Both the position numbers and the translations under genes were made by a program. Positions 45,930 through 48,598 of a stretch of 48,598 nucleotides of DNA are shown here, piece after piece (the first letter of the stretch is position 1; each line of letters starts with the position of its first letter). A model generated the notes under the pieces. It did not search any database and was not told where the DNA came from. It saw only the letters and a program-made list of their open reading frames with translations. This DNA comes from Cytophagaceae bacterium (GTDB lineage: Bacteria; Bacteroidota; Bacteroidia; Cytophagales; Cytophagaceae). Where the stretch lies: positions 1 to 48,598 of the forward strand of contig JBKBXU010000001.1 in the NCBI GenBank assembly GCA_046313675.1, read 5' to 3'.

Positions 45930-47690
45930 TTAATACCTGTAAGATATTCCGAAATCTATTCCAAAGGCGAAAGGTTTTAGTTGGAACAATTCACTTTTCT
46001 TTTGCAATGGACTAACAAACTGTGTGTATTTTGGACTTACCAATACATGTAGCTTATCGCTTATCTTATATTGGAATCCTGCGCTTGCCTGAAAGGAAAA
46101 GCTGAATATGCTGTTTGGTCCACGGTTGTTGAAGATGCTATGCTCCTGGGCTGTATAGAATGACGCATTCTCTCTTCTAAGGGTTCTGTTGCTTATAAAA
46201 ATATGGGTATTGATACCAAGTCCCAGATTATAAGCAACTCTTTTATTCCCATTTATGCGGTAATTAACAGAAAATGGTATGGTCAAAAGATTCATCCTGC
46301 TAGTTACATCCTCCATGTAATATTCCTGAAGTGTCGTGTCTCTTAATGTTCGTGTATAAGTAGTGTCGTATGAATAAACTGCTTGACCTTGTTCATTGTA
46401 TGTTACTGTTGGATATATATTTTGTTGACTTACAGTATCCTGTATATAAACGTTTCTCGATGTAGCTACTTTGTATTGATTGCTTAAGCGATGAAAACCT
46501 ATACCTGTTCTTATAGATGCATGATTTCTTATTGGTACATCCAGTTGCAAAGCTCCCGACATGCCCAAAGACATCTTATTCTCATTAGACAGGTTCATCA
46601 TGGAAACATCAGAGATGTTTGAGTGTATTAGTTCCGGTGATCCTGTTATAATCAAGGACTTTCTGTTTTTGATGTATCTGTCGTCTTTCTGCTTATCTTC
46701 TGTTTCCGTAATATTTTCCGGTTCGGAAAGTTCAGTATCTTCTTCCAATGTTTCAGAAAGTTCAGCATCTTTTGATTGCTTCTTCGTATTTTTACCTGCT
46801 ATAGAGCTTGATTCATTTTCATTATCAAGGAAATTTGATCGTAACTCTGACCTGTTTTTATCAGATATTCCCTGATCCATCATTTCTTCATTTGAAACCA
46901 CGGCATGTTTTTGGACATCAACAAAATTTGTTTGTAGTTCCTGGATAGCTCTTGTCTTTTCAGAAGTTGGCTTTCTAAGATCATTATTGGACAACGTGTT
47001 TTTTAAAAGCTCTTTTTCTGTACCGGTTGTGTTTTGCTCGCTCGTGGCATACTGGTCAGCAGCTGAAATTTTAGTTACATCATTGCTCTCTATGTTTCTA
47101 TCTTCAAAATTTGAGTTAGCTTTTTTATTATTCTTTCTAGTAATATTATTCTGGGATTTTGAAGGTGTATTATTTTCTGATATTACCAAGGGTGAATTGT
47201 TTGGCTTTGAATTAGGAATTGCATTCCGGTTATCCTCCGTCTTAGCAAAAATTATCTTTTTGTTCTCACCATTGGAGCTTCTTTGTATGCTATTCTTCTC
47301 AATTATAAATCCTTGCGAATGTAAAGAATGATCAAATCCACCGTTATTTATGTGTATATCGCCGCCCTTATTTTTGTACTCATTATTGGTAAATGGAGAA
47401 TTCTGTTCTTTATTTTCGTAACTCAGAAGGTATTCTGTAGAATTTTGAACATCAATTTTATTTTCCTGGCTAAGCTTATTGCCTGAGATTTCCTTATACG
47501 AAAAATACCCGACAGTTCCAGTTGCTATTATGGCAATAAAAAGCACAGGGAGCCAGTACAGACCTCTTCTTTTTCTGCTTTTCCTGTTGTGTTCTTCTAT
47601 AACCTCCCAGGCCATTGCCGGAGGTTCGGCTTCGAAATTGTAAAGCCTGTTATGAAGATCATTTTTGAAGCTGTCGTTGTTATGCTCCAT
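45930..47690 (-). CDS. Anti-sigma-like membrane protein: short cytoplasmic N-terminus, one TM, long low-complexity linker, C-terminal beta-barrel-like domain
   Basis: It overlaps the ECF sigma gene by 11 nt. TM is GLYWLPVLFIAIIATGTVGYF. About 270 aa are N/S/E/K-rich. The last ~230 aa have an alternating strand pattern and end GISYRY, like OM barrels. Confidence 0.65.
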   Translation of the reverse strand: MEHNNDSFKNDLHNRLYNFEAEPPAMAWEVIEEHNRKSRKRRGLYWLPVLFIAIIATGTVGYFSYKEISGNKLSQENKIDVQNSTEYLLSYENKEQNSPFTNNEYKNKGGDIHINNGGFDHSLHSQGFIIEKNSIQRSSNGENKKIIFAKTEDNRNAIPNSKPNNSPLVISENNTPSKSQNNITRKNNKKANSNFEDRNIESNDVTKISAADQYATSEQNTTGTEKELLKNTLSNNDLRKPTSEKTRAIQELQTNFVDVQKHAVVSNEEMMDQGISDKNRSELRSNFLDNENESSSIAGKNTKKQSKDAELSETLEEDTELSEPENITETEDKQKDDRYIKNRKSLIITGSPELIHSNISDVSMMNLSNENKMSLGMSGALQLDVPIRNHASIRTGIGFHRLSNQYKVATSRNVYIQDTVSQQNIYPTVTYNEQGQAVYSYDTTYTRTLRDTTLQEYYMEDVTSRMNLLTIPFSVNYRINGNKRVAYNLGLGINTHIFISNRTLRRENASFYTAQEHSIFNNRGPNSIFSFSFQASAGFQYKISDKLHVLVSPKYTQFVSPLQKKSELFQLKPFAFGIDFGISYRY

Positions 47691-48252
47691 TTGATATTAA
47701 ATAAGATTTATCAATATTTTTTTTTGTCAATATTTCGCCCAAAACTTTTTTTGCCCTGGAATACTGAGATTTTGAAGTCCCTTCAGAGATGTTTAATATT
47801 TCAGCGATCTCTTTATGGCTGTAACCTTCAATGGCATACATATTCAATACAATTCTGTATCCGGATGGTAATGAATTAATGCTTTCCATCAATTCCTTGT
47901 CAGAAAGGGCATCAATGATATTATCACTACTATCTGCTTCTATTTCGTTGTTGTTGGATATCAATAACATTTCCCTTTTTTTTACCCTGTAATAATCTAT
48001 GGCAGTGGTAACAACAATGCGTCTGATCCAACCTTCCAAAGATGCTCCTTTTTGGGAAAAGCTATCAATTTTAGTAAATACTTTAATAAATGCATCCTGA
48101 AGAATATCCTGAGCTTCATCTCTGCACCTGGCGTATCTGCAACACACCCCAAACATTATTTTAGAAAAACGGACATACAGCTCTTTTTGAGAAGCCGGGT
48201 CTTTTTTTCTGCATCCCCTTACTAATTTTTCCTGTTCGTTACTTGTGAGCAT
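47680..48252 (-). CDS. ECF-type RNA polymerase sigma-70 factor
   Basis: Region 2 (DAFIKVFTKIDSF...EGWIRRIVVTTAIDYYR) and region 4 HTH (NMYAIEGYSHKEIAEILNISEGTSKSQYSRAKKVL). The ORF track starts at TTG 48270. ATG 48252 (MLTSNEQEKL) fits better with the promoter motif at 48281-48311. Confidence 0.9.
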   Translation of the reverse strand: MLTSNEQEKLVRGCRKKDPASQKELYVRFSKIMFGVCCRYARCRDEAQDILQDAFIKVFTKIDSFSQKGASLEGWIRRIVVTTAIDYYRVKKREMLLISNNNEIEADSSDNIIDALSDKELMESINSLPSGYRIVLNMYAIEGYSHKEIAEILNISEGTSKSQYSRAKKVLGEILTKKNIDKSYLISNGA

Positions 48253-48280
48253 TGGGTGTTTTTCAGGCAAATTTCCCGTA

Positions 48281-48311
48281 AGACGAACCAGAACTCATAA
48301 GGGTTGCATGG
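48281..48311 (-). promoter_or_regulatory. ECF-type promoter motif upstream of the sigma factor gene (CCATGCAACC-N16-CGTCT)
   Basis: The minus strand reads CCATGCAACC CTTATGAGTTCTGGTT CGTCT. The AAC/CGTC elements are spaced as in ECF promoters. The motif ends 28 nt before ATG 48252. Confidence 0.5.
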
Positions 48312-48435
48312 CCGGCCAATTAAAAAATTTCCAGGTAAATAGATAATCAATTTATATATTTTTTACATCATTTAAAAGCTTCCAGGGGAGGCTTTTTAGT
48401 ATTTTTTCAGGATGCTTCGGTATTTTTTTCACATC

Positions 48436-48466
48436 CCATGCAACCTTTCTTTTCTGATTTACGTCT
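48436..48466 (+). promoter_or_regulatory. Second, divergent copy of the same ECF-type promoter motif
   Basis: The plus strand reads CCATGCAACC TTTCTTTTCTGATTTA CGTCT, with the same 10-mer, the same N16 spacing and the same CGTCT. It ends 46 nt before the ATG at 48513. Confidence 0.5.
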
Positions 48467-48512
48467 GCCGGTAGATTTTTCGAATTTTTAAACTTAAACT
48501 AACTATACTTTT

Positions 48513-48598
48513 ATGAGAAAAAATTTACTAATCAGCAGATTGCTTGCTTTGATTATTTTCTTATTCGGAGGAACGGTGTTTGCTCAGACCCCAAAACT
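48513..48598 (+). CDS. 5' end of a secreted protein gene (partial, runs off the window)
   Basis: ATG followed by signal peptide MRKNLLISRLLALIIFLFGGTVFAQ. Open to the window edge. Confidence 0.6.
   Translation, partial: MRKNLLISRLLALIIFLFGGTVFAQTPK

Overview
Chromosomal window from an AT-rich member of the Bacteroidota. This is inferred from several T9SS C-terminal sorting tails, a three-gene sdhCAB operon with a single cytochrome b anchor, 7TMR-DISM/LytTR signalling and a TAnnTTTG-type promoter element. About 45 protein-coding genes are supportable. Left third: a giant surface-protein gene split by one frame break, then sdhCAB, a GH3 beta-glucosidase, and two large T9SS-secreted peptidases flanking a 7TMR-DISM sensor kinase / LytTR regulator pair. 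Middle (18.4-33.3 kb) looks accessory. It holds orphan small and membrane genes, tandem paralogous membrane proteins and a decayed RhuM gene. It also holds a ~180-nt GC-rich island in AT-rich non-coding DNA, a hairpin-rich non-coding element sharing a 15-mer with that island, a relic T9SS tail, and a REP-associated tyrosine transposase (RAYT) flanked by duplicated hairpin-repeat units. Right third: a surface/outer-membrane cluster (OM barrel, Yip1-like, LamG, and a DUF1566 lipoprotein with an in-frame stop). It is followed by a translationally coupled RDD / SpoIIM-like / DUF4129 / DUF4350 / MoxR / DUF58 module of unknown function. The window ends with an ECF sigma factor, its TM + beta-barrel partner, and twin divergent ECF-type promoter motifs. 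All family assignments come from motifs recognised by eye. No database search, covariance-model search or folding computation was possible. CDS starts are mostly the first start codon in the ORF track and may be off.
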